From: an uncultured Actinomycetota bacterium
GTDB taxonomy: Bacteria; Actinomycetota; Actinomycetes; CAWDCV01
Assembly: GCA_963801015.1 (NCBI GenBank)
Contig: CAWDCV010000003.1
Span: 266,886-330,885, forward strand
DNA: 64,000 nt
Direction of reading: 5' to 3'
The notes under the pieces are model-generated. The model was given only the letters and a program-made list of their open reading frames with translations. It searched no databases and was not told where the DNA came from. This document shows, piece by piece, positions 15,648 to 25,202 of the stretch. Numbering within the stretch: position 1 is the stretch's first letter; the number at the start of each line of letters is the position of its first letter. Made by a program: the position numbers and the translations under genes.

Positions 15648-17801
15648 ATGACCACCTCGGCCACGACCACCGCCGAGCAAACGCCCGCGCGCCGCTCACG
15701 CTGGCGGTTTGTGCTTCCCGCCGCGGTCGTCATCGTCTGGCTATTCGTCGGCGGACCGCTCGGCTCGTTCACGGGTCGGTTGGCGGAGGTGCAGTCCAAC
15801 GACAACGCCAGCTTCCTGCCCTCCGACGCGGAGTCGACGCGAGTCACTGAGCTCCAGGAAGGCTTCCAGGAGCAGACGGTTCTCCCGGCGATCATCATCT
15901 GGGAGAGCGAGGACGGCCTGAGCGCCGAGACGCAGCAGGCTGCCGTCGCCGACCTGGAGGCCATCGCGTCGCTGGACGGAATCGTCGGGCAGGTCAGTCC
16001 GCCGATCCCGTCCGAGGACGGGCAGGCACTGCAAGCGATCGTCCCCCTGGACCCGAACCTCGGCGAGGGACTCATCGAGGTCGTCGAGGAGATCCGGGCA
16101 CAGCTCGCGGACACGCCGGGCGCCGAGGTATACGTCGCGGGACCGGCCGGCATCCTTGCGGACTTCGCTGATGCCTTCGCTGGGATCGACGGCATCCTGC
16201 TCCTCACGGCCGGTGTGGTCGTGCTCGTCATCCTGTTCGTCGTCTACCGCAGCCCCGTGCTCCCGTTCCTCGTGCTCCTCAGCGCGCTGCTCGGCCTGGG
16301 TGTCGCCTCGGCAGTGGTCTACTTCCTCGCCGATACCGATGTGATCACGCTCAATGGGCAGAGCCAAGGCATCCTGTCGATCCTCGCCGTGGGCGCTGCG
16401 ACCGACTACGCGCTGCTCCTGACGGCGCGCTTCCGGGAGGAGCTGCGAGAGAACCGCGATCGTTTTGCGGCGATGCGAGTAGCCCTGCGGCAGTCGTTCG
16501 CGCCGATCGTCGCGTCGGGCAGCACCGTGATCCTCGGCGTGCTGTGCCTGCTCTTCAGCGAGCTCAACTCCAATCGCGGACTGGGTCCGGTCGCGGCGAT
16601 CGGCATCGCCTGCTCGCTGCTGGTCGCGCTCACTTTCTTGCCTGCTGGCCTGGTGCTGCTCGGTCGGGCAGCTTTCTGGCCCTTCCGGCCGGCGTACGGG
16701 TCCCCGCATCCGGAGACCACGGGAGTGTGGGGCCGGGTGGCGCGGCTGGTGGGCCGTCGCGCGCGCTGGGTCTGGATCGTGACCGCTGCGGTCCTGCTCG
16801 CGTTCGCGGCGTTTGCGCCCACCCTCGACGCGGACGGGCTGTCCGAGACCGAGCTGTTCCTCCAGCCGGAGGAGTCGGTCGAGGGACAGGCCGCGCTGTC
16901 GCGGCACTTCTCCGGCGGAGCCGGGAACCCGGTCGTCGTCATCGCGAACGAGGACTCTGCCGACCAGGTCCTCGAGGTCATGGAGGGCACCGACGGCATT
17001 GACAGTGCCGCCATCGTGACGGAATCCGGTCAGCCGGGTCAGGGACCCGCCAAGGTCGTCGATGGCCAGGTCCAGATCGATGCCGTCCTCGGCTCCGATC
17101 CGAACAGCGACGAGGCTATCGCCGCCGTCCGCGGCTTGCGGGTTGACCTGGATGACGTCAGCGGTGCCGATGCGCTGGTCGGTGGCACGACCGCAATCAA
17201 TCTCGACGTACGCGAGAGTTCGCAGCGCGACAACACGGTCATCATTCCGATCGTCCTGCTGGTGATCTTCATCGTCCTCGCCCTCTTGTTGCGCGCGCTG
17301 CTCGCGCCGGTGCTGCTCATCGCCACCGTCGTGCTGTCCTTTGCGGCCACGCTCGGGGTGGCGTCACTGGTGTTCGACTACGTGTTCCGCTGGCCGGGCT
17401 CGGATCCCTCGGTGCCGCTATACGCGTTCGTGTTCCTCGTCGCGCTGGGCATCGACTACAACATCTTCTTGATGACCCGGATCCGCGAGGAGTCGTTCCG
17501 TCGCGGGACGCGGCCGGGCATCCTCAAGGGCCTAGCGGTAACGGGCGGTGTCATTACGTCCGCGGGCATCGTGCTGGCGGCGACGTTCAGCGCGCTGGGC
17601 GTCATCCCCATCCTCTTCCTCGCGCAGATCGCGTTCCTCGTCGCCTTCGGCGTCCTGCTCGACACGATCGTGGTGCGGTCCCTCCTCGTGCCGGCGCTGT
17701 CGTACGACATCGGGCCCCGCATCTGGTGGCCGAGCAAGCTGGCCCGCCGCGAGGAGCCGGAGGAGGCGCGAGCACCCGAGCTGGCCGACGTGGGCGCCTG
17801 A
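15648..17801 (+). CDS. MMPL family (RND superfamily) transporter
   Basis: Two 6-TM bundles with large extracytoplasmic loops. Motifs include GVASAVVYFL..., ILAVGAATDYALLL and VALGIDYNIFLMTRIREE. ATG 15648 follows AAGGAG. Confidence 0.9.
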   Translation: MTTSATTTAEQTPARRSRWRFVLPAAVVIVWLFVGGPLGSFTGRLAEVQSNDNASFLPSDAESTRVTELQEGFQEQTVLPAIIIWESEDGLSAETQQAAVADLEAIASLDGIVGQVSPPIPSEDGQALQAIVPLDPNLGEGLIEVVEEIRAQLADTPGAEVYVAGPAGILADFADAFAGIDGILLLTAGVVVLVILFVVYRSPVLPFLVLLSALLGLGVASAVVYFLADTDVITLNGQSQGILSILAVGAATDYALLLTARFREELRENRDRFAAMRVALRQSFAPIVASGSTVILGVLCLLFSELNSNRGLGPVAAIGIACSLLVALTFLPAGLVLLGRAAFWPFRPAYGSPHPETTGVWGRVARLVGRRARWVWIVTAAVLLAFAAFAPTLDADGLSETELFLQPEESVEGQAALSRHFSGGAGNPVVVIANEDSADQVLEVMEGTDGIDSAAIVTESGQPGQGPAKVVDGQVQIDAVLGSDPNSDEAIAAVRGLRVDLDDVSGADALVGGTTAINLDVRESSQRDNTVIIPIVLLVIFIVLALLLRALLAPVLLIATVVLSFAATLGVASLVFDYVFRWPGSDPSVPLYAFVFLVALGIDYNIFLMTRIREESFRRGTRPGILKGLAVTGGVITSAGIVLAATFSALGVIPILFLAQIAFLVAFGVLLDTIVVRSLLVPALSYDIGPRIWWPSKLARREEPEEARAPELADVGA

Positions 17802-17809
17802 GCTCGCCG

Positions 17810-18523
17810 CTAGGTGAGCAGTCGAGGCTGGATGCGGGTCTCGGTGACGCCGCCACCTGCCAGCGCTTCGACCTGATAGGCCGCGGCGTCGGGCTGGTCC
17901 GCCACGGCTTCGACCAGCTCCGTGCCGGCGTAGTGCAGGCCGACACCGTCGTCGGTGGCGTACGACATCGGCAGCGTCCCGTCCTCGACCAGCCGGTGCA
18001 GCAGTGGCCGGCGCTGCTCCTCGGAGTCGTAGTGCACGCCGTTGCCGTACGGCAGCAAGCCGAGCCCGTTCGTGACTGGTCGCAGCGTCGGTCCGAACGA
18101 GTCGGTCGGGCCGCCGACATGCCAACAGATCGAACCAGCGCTGACGCCGGTGAGGACGACGCCGGATTCCCACGCCTCTCGCATCACGTGGTCGACGCCA
18201 TGCAATCGCCACAGCGCAAGCAAGTTCGCGACCGAACCGCCGCCGACGTAGATGACGTTCTGTGCGAGCAGGTGCTGGCGTACGTCCGGCACGCTCGGCA
18301 TTTGGAACAGCGACAGGTGACTCGCGTCGACGCCGCCGAGCGCGGCCACGGCGGCGTAGACCAGCGTCAGATAGCGGTCGCTGTCACCCGTCGCGGTGCC
18401 GACGAAGCTGAACCGAGGGCGTTCGGCACCCGACAACCGCAGGGCATGCTGCACAAGCGGCCCGGCGTCGTACATCCCGCGAGCGTTTCCGCGGAAGCCG
18501 CCGCTCGTGGCGAGGATGTTCAT
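17810..18523 (-). CDS. peptidase E / S51 family (type 1 glutamine amidotransferase-like) protein
   Basis: NVIYVGGGSVANLLALWRLHGVD...VVLTGVSAGSICW is the S51 nucleophile-Ser region. Confidence 0.75.
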   Translation of the reverse strand: MNILATSGGFRGNARGMYDAGPLVQHALRLSGAERPRFSFVGTATGDSDRYLTLVYAAVAALGGVDASHLSLFQMPSVPDVRQHLLAQNVIYVGGGSVANLLALWRLHGVDHVMREAWESGVVLTGVSAGSICWHVGGPTDSFGPTLRPVTNGLGLLPYGNGVHYDSEEQRRPLLHRLVEDGTLPMSYATDDGVGLHYAGTELVEAVADQPDAAAYQVEALAGGGVTETRIQPRLLT

Positions 18524-19782
18524 GCGCTCAGGTCCTCGAGCACGGCGTCGGCGGCGCGACGCCCCGACACCATCGCGCCCTGGATAGAGCTGGAGTCGCG
18601 CGCATCGCCGCAGACGTACAGCCCGGGCTCAACGCGCACCGGCTTGCGGAAGTCGTGCGGAGGCGGCATCGCTGGCAGCGCGTCGGCAATCGGGTAGCTG
18701 CCCAGCATTGTCCATCGCCGAGTGTCCATGCCGTACAGCACGGCCAGGTGCTTGCGCACGGCGCTCTCGTCCGCGTCGGGATGCACGCCGAGCACGCTCG
18801 ATGAGACAAGCGTTGTGCCCTCGGGCGCGTAGGCGCGCGCGGCACTGCTGATGGGGACGGTATTGATCACGGGTCCGCGATGGCGGACGCCGTCGACGAC
18901 GAGAATCCCGTCGCCCTCGAGCAGCACCTCGTCGGTGACGTGGTAGTAGGTCGTCACGGACTTCATTGCCGGTACGGGCAGCGAGGGCAGCAGCGCCGAC
19001 GCCGTCCGCGGGTCGGTGGCGACGACGACCGCTCGGGCGTGCACGGCGCGGCCGTCACCGAGTCTTGCCTCCGCGGCGGAGACGGCAGTCACGTTCGCCT
19101 GCGTCGCAATCCGCCCCACCAGCTCACGGGCAAGCTGCTTGGGGATGTCGCCCATGCCGGTGGCCGGCACAGACGGAGTGCCGCGAACGAATGTGCGCAG
19201 CAGCAGGTCGAAGAACAGGCTCGAGGTCTCGAGCTCGTCCTCGAGAAACGTGCCTGCAAAGAACGGACGGATGAGCTGGTCGATGGCGCGATCGCTGACA
19301 CCACGCTCGCGCAGCGCCGCTCGTGTCGTCGTCTCGGTCGCCTCCAGCAGGTCGTGCGCAGGACGCCGTGCATCGTCGACGGCCATGGCGGCGAGACGCG
19401 CCTTGTCCCGCATGCTGCCGATGGGGGCGAGTGCCGAAGACAGCGCCCAGGTAGGGCGCCGGCGTGGATCGGCGATACGAGCACGGCGGCGTCCATCGAG
19501 CGCGACGATGACGCCCGGTGCCAAGGCCTGCAGGTGCAGACGACGATGGTCGAGAACCCGCCTGCCCTCCGGGTAAGCGGGGTTGTAGAGCTGGAACCCG
19601 CGATCCAGCAGGAAGCCATCGACGTCGTCGGTACGCACCCGGCCACCGACGTCGTCCGAGGCCTCGAGGACGACGACATCGAGACCGTCCTGGTGGAGCC
19701 GACGCGCAGCGCACAGGCCGGCGAGCCCGGCGCCGACGACGGCGACGTCCGCGCTGTCCGGGAGCTCCGCGCTGTCGATCAC
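18520..19782 (-). CDS. FAD-dependent amine oxidase/desaturase-family oxidoreductase
   Basis: Dinucleotide-binding fold DVAVVGAGLAGLCAARRL...VVVLEASDDVGGRV and C-terminal FAD motif LYVCGDARDSSSIQGAMVSG. 4-nt overlap with the downstream S51 gene. Confidence 0.8.
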   Translation of the reverse strand: MIDSAELPDSADVAVVGAGLAGLCAARRLHQDGLDVVVLEASDDVGGRVRTDDVDGFLLDRGFQLYNPAYPEGRRVLDHRRLHLQALAPGVIVALDGRRRARIADPRRRPTWALSSALAPIGSMRDKARLAAMAVDDARRPAHDLLEATETTTRAALRERGVSDRAIDQLIRPFFAGTFLEDELETSSLFFDLLLRTFVRGTPSVPATGMGDIPKQLARELVGRIATQANVTAVSAAEARLGDGRAVHARAVVVATDPRTASALLPSLPVPAMKSVTTYYHVTDEVLLEGDGILVVDGVRHRGPVINTVPISSAARAYAPEGTTLVSSSVLGVHPDADESAVRKHLAVLYGMDTRRWTMLGSYPIADALPAMPPPHDFRKPVRVEPGLYVCGDARDSSSIQGAMVSGRRAADAVLEDLSA

Positions 19783-19814
19783 CAGGGCACGCTACCGACG
19801 GCTCCCCGCGCTGC

Positions 19815-19865
19815 GCCGCTCGACCTGTGGACATCGGTACCTGTGGACAACCGACGCCGCTCGAC
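19815..19865. repeat. nested direct repeats in the oxidoreductase/kinase divergent region
   Basis: GCCGCTCGAC (19815-19824) - CTGTGGACA (19825-19833) - tcggtac - CTGTGGACA (19841-19849) - accgac - GCCGCTCGAC (19856-19865). The 11-mer ACCTGTGGACA occurs twice, 16 bp apart. Confidence 0.35.
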
Positions 19866-19889
19866 GGCGAACTCTGTTTCGCTGGTGGT

Positions 19890-21014
19890 GTGCAGGACTT
19901 CGAGGTTCCCGGCTACGTCCTCGATCGACTCCTCGGCTTCGGGGGCACCGGAGAGGTATGGGCCGCGCATCCGGCTGCGGGCGGCCCCGCAGTCGCGGTG
20001 AAGCGGCTGCGCCCAGGCGGCGACGGCATGGCCACGGAGGAGGCCAGGCAGCGGTTGCGACGAGAGGCGCTCGTGCTCGCCGAATTCGACGATCCGCATG
20101 TGGTGCGGTTGCACCGGGTGCTCCGGGCGTCAACCGGCGATGACATCTTGGTCCTCGACCTCGCCGAGGGTGGCAGCCTCGCCCGCGTGCTCGCGCTGCG
20201 GGGTCGGCTCGCCGTCGGCGAAGTCGTAACGATTGCCGTACCGCTCGCGCAGTCCCTCGCCACTGCTCATCGGCGCGGCATCCTGCACGGCGACGTGAGT
20301 GCTTCGAACGTCCTGTTCGCTGCCGATGGGCGCCCGCTGCTCGCCGACCTCGGCGTGGCACGACTAATCGGCGAACCGGCGGGGACCGATAACAACCCGC
20401 AGGGCACCACCGGGTTCACCGACCCGGTCGTACTGACGGGGGAGCCGGTGCGAGCTGCGAGTGACGTCTACGGCCTCGCCGGCGTGTGCTGGACCGCGCT
20501 CACCGGCTCAGCACCTGACCCGAGGGTGAGCACGATGTCGGCGGGCGCACGAGCCGAGGCCCTGCGCGCGCACGCGCCGGGGACGCCAGACACGCTCGCC
20601 GACGCAATCGCCCGCGGTCTTGCCGCGGACCCCACCGATCGGCCGGATGCCGCACAGTTCTCTCAGTTGGTGTGGAGGTGTGCCGCGGCTCAGCCCGTAC
20701 GGCTGCCGGCCGGCATGTCGACGCTGGAGGCGCCGGCCGACAACGGTGACGTGGTGACGCATCGCGTCCGGCCGGCACATTCATGGCGACCGCGCCGACC
20801 GCGACGTCCGCGCCAGCCCGCCGTCGGCGCAGACGCTGGCGGCCTCCCGCGATCGACGCCCGCACGGTGCTGCGAGGCAGCGCTCTGCTTGTCGTCCCCG
20901 TGCTGCTGGCGATGGCGGTGTGGGCCGGCACGCGGTGGGCCGACAGCACCGGTGCCGCAGATCCGGCGCCGGCAGAGCACGCTGCCGCCGAAACGGATTG
21001 GGCTGCCGTCCTGA
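19890..21014 (+). CDS. Ser/Thr protein kinase (Hanks type); 3' end anomalous
   Basis: LGFGGTGEVW (Gly loop), VAVKRL (Lys), ILHGDVSASNVLF (catalytic loop, HGD variant), LADLGVA (DLG). Start GTG 19890 or 19827. After about 20780 the frame becomes Arg/Pro-rich junk and overlaps the next ORF by 232 nt. Confidence 0.65.
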   Translation: MQDFEVPGYVLDRLLGFGGTGEVWAAHPAAGGPAVAVKRLRPGGDGMATEEARQRLRREALVLAEFDDPHVVRLHRVLRASTGDDILVLDLAEGGSLARVLALRGRLAVGEVVTIAVPLAQSLATAHRRGILHGDVSASNVLFAADGRPLLADLGVARLIGEPAGTDNNPQGTTGFTDPVVLTGEPVRAASDVYGLAGVCWTALTGSAPDPRVSTMSAGARAEALRAHAPGTPDTLADAIARGLAADPTDRPDAAQFSQLVWRCAAAQPVRLPAGMSTLEAPADNGDVVTHRVRPAHSWRPRRPRRPRQPAVGADAGGLPRSTPARCCEAALCLSSPCCWRWRCGPARGGPTAPVPQIRRRQSTLPPKRIGLPS

Positions 21015-21379
21015 GCAAGCTCGATGACCAGTGGTCGACCGCGTTCAGTACCGGAGACGTCGACGCGCTGCGCGCTGTCGATGCTTCAGATTCTGCGGCG
21101 CTGGCCGGCGACCGTGCGCTTCTGCAGCGCTATGTCGAGGCCGGCGCGAGTGCGCGCGGCCTGCGGGTCGAGCGGCTGAGTGTGTCCGCGGTGTCCGTGG
21201 TCGACGATCGCGTCGTGCTCCGCGTCATCGATCGGATCGAGCCGTACGACATCGTTGATGGCGGCGGTGCCGTGCTCCGAACCGAGCCCGGTCGAGGCGA
21301 CACGGCGTGGCGCATCACGTTGGTGCGGACCGATCCGGCAGACGCGACGTGGCGGATCGCGTCAGTGGCTCGGGCGTGA
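20783..21379 (+). CDS. membrane-anchored hypothetical protein (probably the displaced C-terminal module of the kinase)
   Basis: Arg-rich stretch (ARRRRRRWRPP), one TM (ALLVVPVLLAMAVWAG) and a ~130-aa extracytoplasmic domain. Clear coding signal in this frame from ATG 20783; an in-frame stop lies at 20747-20749. Confidence 0.6.
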   Translation: MATAPTATSAPARRRRRRWRPPAIDARTVLRGSALLVVPVLLAMAVWAGTRWADSTGAADPAPAEHAAAETDWAAVLSKLDDQWSTAFSTGDVDALRAVDASDSAALAGDRALLQRYVEAGASARGLRVERLSVSAVSVVDDRVVLRVIDRIEPYDIVDGGGAVLRTEPGRGDTAWRITLVRTDPADATWRIASVARA

Positions 21380-21385
21380 CCTGAA

Positions 21386-22282
21386 TCAGCCGGCGAGACC
21401 GGAGCGCATTGCGCTCTCGATGTCCGGGTGCTCGAACGTGAAGCCAGCGGTCTCCAGGACGCGGGGGAGCACTCGATGGCTGGCGAGGACCTCGTTGGCG
21501 AACTCGCCGAGCCCGACCTGGAGCGCGACAGCGGGCACCCAGAATGGGGTAGGCCGGTGCAGCAGCTTGCCCAGTGTCTGGGTCGCTTCCCGATTCGTGA
21601 CCGGATCGGGAGCGGTGACATTGACCGCCCCGACGACGTCGTCGGCTGTCAGGAGGAAGCGGATCGCGCGCACCTCGTCGACCAGGCTGACGAAGCTCCA
21701 GTACTGGTGCCCCGACCCGAGGCGGCCGCCCAATCCCAAGCGGAAGATGGGAACGCAGCGTTCGAGAAGCCCACCGCGGCGCGACATGACGAGCCCACTA
21801 CGAAGCCGACAGACCCGGATGCCCGCATCCTGCGCGGCCGTCGTCGCTGCCTCCCACTCGGTGCAGGTCTCGGCGAAGAAGTCGCTCCCGGCTGGGTCGC
21901 TTTCCTCGATGGGACGGTTACCGGTGTCGCCGTAGTAGCCGATCGCGGACGCATTGAGCAGCACTCGGGGGCCGGAGTCGATCTTGGCCAGCGCCTCGCT
22001 GAGCGTTCGCGTGCTATCCACGCGACTCGCCCGGAACTTTGCCTTGAACGACTCGGTCCAGTGGAGGGCATCACCGGCGTTGACGCCGGCGAGGTTGATG
22101 GCAGCGTCAACGCCGGTGAGCGCCAATACATCGAGCGAGCCTGCCGCCGGATCCCATGACACCTCGTCCGGCGCGGCCGCGTCTCGACGCACCAGACGGG
22201 TCACCTCGTGCCCGTCGGCGCACAGGGCCCGGACGAGCGGTGTCCCGATCATTCCCGACGAACCGGCGATGACGATCTTCAC
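21386..22282 (-). CDS. TIGR01777-type SDR/epimerase family protein (YfcH-like, DUF1731 C-terminus)
   Basis: MKIVIAGSSGMIGTPLVRAL Rossmann motif; C-terminal HRVLPRVLETAGFTFEHPDIESAM is typical of the family. Confidence 0.85.
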   Translation of the reverse strand: MKIVIAGSSGMIGTPLVRALCADGHEVTRLVRRDAAAPDEVSWDPAAGSLDVLALTGVDAAINLAGVNAGDALHWTESFKAKFRASRVDSTRTLSEALAKIDSGPRVLLNASAIGYYGDTGNRPIEESDPAGSDFFAETCTEWEAATTAAQDAGIRVCRLRSGLVMSRRGGLLERCVPIFRLGLGGRLGSGHQYWSFVSLVDEVRAIRFLLTADDVVGAVNVTAPDPVTNREATQTLGKLLHRPTPFWVPAVALQVGLGEFANEVLASHRVLPRVLETAGFTFEHPDIESAMRSGLAG

Positions 22283-22324
22283 GAGGACATCATCGCGTGC
22301 GGATGGTGTCCCGGCATCCCGCGA

Positions 22325-23033
22325 TCAGCCGGCGTCGGGTGGGAGCTGCGTCGCGAACCAGTCGAACACGCGCTGGTCCACCTGCCGCCGGCCGAGCGGC
22401 TCGCAATGCCAGTCGGCGCCCTGCTCTCTCGTGAAGCGTGCGAGCTCCTTGGTGGCGGGCAGCGCGTCGTAGAGCTGCTGTGACTGGCCTGGCCAGAACT
22501 GTCCTTGTCCGGGGAAGTCACGAGCAGCGGCGTCGAGATCTTCTGAATGAGGTCGCCGAGTGCATACTGACGGGCCAGCGGGAGGATGGCGAACAGGTCG
22601 TCCGTCCCGTACGGCCGAGTTCGGGACGCGAACTCGCGCTCCTGCGCCGGCGTCGACGGGATCGACGCGGTGACCTTGTCGAACGTCTCGCGTTGGCCGG
22701 TGTCGACCAGCTCGATGAGCTCCTTCGGCAGCTGGCCGGCCCACGACGTGAAGACGTCAACGACACCGGGATCGGCGACGGCGGCGACGAACGGTGCTCG
22801 AACGCGAGAGCGCGCGGCAACCAGTACCCGCCCTGGCTGACGCCGATCGCGGTCAGGCGCTGCGCATTGACGTCGGGGCGTGCCACCAGCACATCCACGA
22901 CGGGGGTGAGGACAGCCTCCCAATCCGGGCGGAACGGCACGTTCCGGTCGAACAGCATCGACTGCTGCCCCGGGCCGTCATAGAGGGGAGGAACTGCGCC
23001 TCGACCTGCAGGCGCACTGGTTCTTCCCCGCAA
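22325..23033 (-). pseudogene. alpha/beta hydrolase (FrsA/DUF1100-like), N-terminally truncated with two frameshifts
   Basis: Homology runs through three frames. Frame 1: YDGPGQQSMLFDRNVPFRPDWEAVLTPVVDVLVARPDVNAQRLTAIGVSQGGYWLPRALAFEHR. Frame 2: APFVAAVADPGVVDVFTSW...ISTPLLVTSPDKD. Frame 3: QFWPGQSQQLYDALPATKELARFTREQGADWHCEP...*. Shifts lie near 22790-22800 and 22500-22510. Only ~140 nt remain upstream before the sucB stop. Confidence 0.7.
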
Positions 23034-23174
23034 CCCCGCAGACGGTCAGTTCCCCCAGGGGTACGCGGTAAAGGCTCGCGGCACCGTCGTGGTGCACTGC
23101 GGCGGCCCGCACGCCTCCACGCTCACCGTGCCGATCGCTCGGCTCTGACCGCCTCACGTTCTGACAGTTGGGGC

Positions 23175-25118
23175 CTAGAGACCGAGTTCGGCCTCGAAGC
23201 GGCCTTCTTCGAGGCGCTGCTTCACCGTGACGAGGAACCGCGCAGCGTCTGCGCCGTCGACGAGACGGTGGTCATAGGTGAGCGCGAAGTACGCCATCGA
23301 CCGCACCGCGATCACCTCACCGAGGTCGGGATCCTCGACGACGACCGGCCGCTTGACGACAGCGCCGGTGCCGAGGATCGCCACCTGTGGCTGATTGAGA
23401 ATCGGCGTGTCGAAGAGCGCGCCACGGCTGCCGGTGTTCGTGAGTGTGAAGGTGCCCCCGGACAGCTCGTCAGGGCCGACCTTGTTCGAACGGGTGCGCT
23501 CCGCCAGGTCGGCGATCTTGCGGGAGAGGCCGCCGAGGTTGAGATCACCGGCGTTCTTGATCACGGGAACGAGCAGGCCGCGTTCAGTGTCGACGGCGAT
23601 TCCCAGGTGCTCCGCGTCGTGATAGGTGATCTCACCCTTGTCGGTGTCGATCGACGCGTTGACCGCAGGATGCTGCTTGAGCGCCTCGATCGCCGCGATC
23701 GCGAAAAACGGCAGGAACGACAGGCGGACTCCCTCGCGGGCCTCGAACTCGCCCTTCACCTGCTGACGTAACCGGGCGATGTTCGTGACATCGACCTCGA
23801 CGACCGTGGTGAGCTGAGCCGATACCTGCAGCGACTCGACCATTCGCTGAGCGATGACCCGGCGCAGACGCGACATCTTCTCGGTCTGTCCGCGCAGCGG
23901 CGATGGCGCCGGCGCGGTGGCAGCGGGACCAGCCGCCGCGGCGGCGGCATTGGCCGGTGTGCCGACGGGCTGAGCCTGCGGGGTCCGGGGTTCCGGCTGC
24001 GTGTCGCGAGCCGGCTCCTGCTGTCTGGCTCGGGCTGCCTCGAGCACGTCCTGCTTGCGGATCCGCCCACCCACACCTGATCCCGACAGCGTCGACAGGT
24101 CGACGCCATGCTCGGTGGCGAGCTTGCGGACCAGCGGGGTGACGTAGGCGCTGCCGTCGCCGCTCGGCGTCTCGCGTGCGGCTTCGCCATCAGCGGTGGC
24201 GGAGTCAGCGGCAGCTTCGGACTCGTCAGCGCCACCGCCATAGTCCCCCCGTCCTGACTGTGGCTGGGCGGGAGTCTGGGCAGAGCTGCCGTTGCCGTCG
24301 GTTTGTTGCTGCGGCGACGCCTCCGCTTGCGGCTTCTGCGCTTGCGGTTCCTCCGCCTGCCGCTCCTCCTGCTGAGGGGGAGCCTGCTGGGGGGACGATG
24401 TCGACTCAGATTCGGCGCCGCCAATGATCGCCAGTTCGGTACCGACGTCGACGGTCTCGTCCTCGCGAACGTTGATGCGGGTCAGGACGCCGGCCGCGGG
24501 CGACGGGATCTCGGTGTCGACCTTGTCCGTCGAGACTTCGACCAGCGGCTCGTCCGCCTGGACCTGGTCGCCTTCCTGCTTGAGCCAGCGGGTCACGGTG
24601 CCCTCGGTCACGCTTTCACCCAAGGCCGGCAGGACGACGGGCGTACCACCGTTCGAACCGGACTGCTGACTGCTCTGCTGCGCCGGCTGCTGTTCCGATC
24701 GTTGCTGGGCCGGTTCCTGCTCAGGCTGCTGTTCGTCCTCCTGCTCTGCCTGCTGCGGCTGTTGATCCGGCTCGGGCTCCTGTTGCTGCTGCGGGGCGCC
24801 GCTGTCCTGTTCGGCCGGCGTCTCCTCGGCCTGCGTCTTCTCCGCCGGCTGGTCGCTCGAGGCGGAATCACTGGTGTCCGACGAGTCGCCGATCACGGCG
24901 AGCTCGCTACCGACCTCGACCGTTTCGTCCTCATGCACCTTGATCTGCGTCAGGACGCCGGCCGCCGGCGACGGGATCTCGGTGTCGACTTTGTCGGTGG
25001 AGACCTCGAGCAGCGGCTCGTCCGCCTGGACCTCGTCGCCTTCCTGCTTGAGCCAGCGCGTCACGGTGCCCTCGGACACGCTCTCGCCGAGCTGGGGCAT
25101 GGTCACGGAGACGGACAT
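23175..25118 (-). CDS. sucB: 2-oxoacid dehydrogenase E2 (dihydrolipoyllysine-residue succinyl/acyltransferase), two lipoyl domains
   Basis: Two lipoyl domains ([19 protein letters not shown] twice), a PSBD ([34 protein letters not shown]) and a catalytic domain with the DHRLVDG motif. ATG 25118. Confidence 0.9.
   Translation of the reverse strand: MSVSVTMPQLGESVSEGTVTRWLKQEGDEVQADEPLLEVSTDKVDTEIPSPAAGVLTQIKVHEDETVEVGSELAVIGDSSDTSDSASSDQPAEKTQAEETPAEQDSGAPQQQQEPEPDQQPQQAEQEDEQQPEQEPAQQRSEQQPAQQSSQQSGSNGGTPVVLPALGESVTEGTVTRWLKQEGDQVQADEPLVEVSTDKVDTEIPSPAAGVLTRINVREDETVDVGTELAIIGGAESESTSSPQQAPPQQEERQAEEPQAQKPQAEASPQQQTDGNGSSAQTPAQPQSGRGDYGGGADESEAAADSATADGEAARETPSGDGSAYVTPLVRKLATEHGVDLSTLSGSGVGGRIRKQDVLEAARARQQEPARDTQPEPRTPQAQPVGTPANAAAAAAGPAATAPAPSPLRGQTEKMSRLRRVIAQRMVESLQVSAQLTTVVEVDVTNIARLRQQVKGEFEAREGVRLSFLPFFAIAAIEALKQHPAVNASIDTDKGEITYHDAEHLGIAVDTERGLLVPVIKNAGDLNLGGLSRKIADLAERTRSNKVGPDELSGGTFTLTNTGSRGALFDTPILNQPQVAILGTGAVVKRPVVVEDPDLGEVIAVRSMAYFALTYDHRLVDGADAARFLVTVKQRLEEGRFEAELGL
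24418..25112. repeat. internal duplication: two ~225-bp lipoyl-domain coding repeats (about 24418-24645 and 24888-25112)
   Basis: The two copies are nearly identical at DNA level over long runs, e.g. cagcggctcgtccgcctggacct(g/c)gtcgccttcctgcttgagccagcg(g/c)gtcacggtgccctcgg, including synonymous positions. Confidence 0.8.
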
Positions 25119-25202
25119 CTGCTGCTTCGACTCCTCTGTTGTTAGGTGCACGGGGAGCAAGTCCTCGTGGGTCAGTTCGAGTTCGCGTGGGAGCGTAAGT
25201 CC

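Noticed and set aside
15741-16907. 388-aa minus-strand ORF inside the first MmpL gene
   Set aside because: It is an antisense shadow ORF with an extremely Arg/Asp/Glu-rich product and no recognisable domain.
18880-20001. 373-aa plus-strand ORF, plus 19124-19834 and 19089-19679 on the minus strand
   Set aside because: They overlap the FAD amine-oxidase gene in other frames. The compositions are typical of off-frame translation.
24303-25145. 280-aa plus-strand ORF with striking LLRLRLLRL repeats
   Set aside because: It is the antisense reading of the Gln/Glu/Pro-rich linkers and duplicated lipoyl domains of sucB. The repeat pattern is a by-product of that low-complexity coding sequence.
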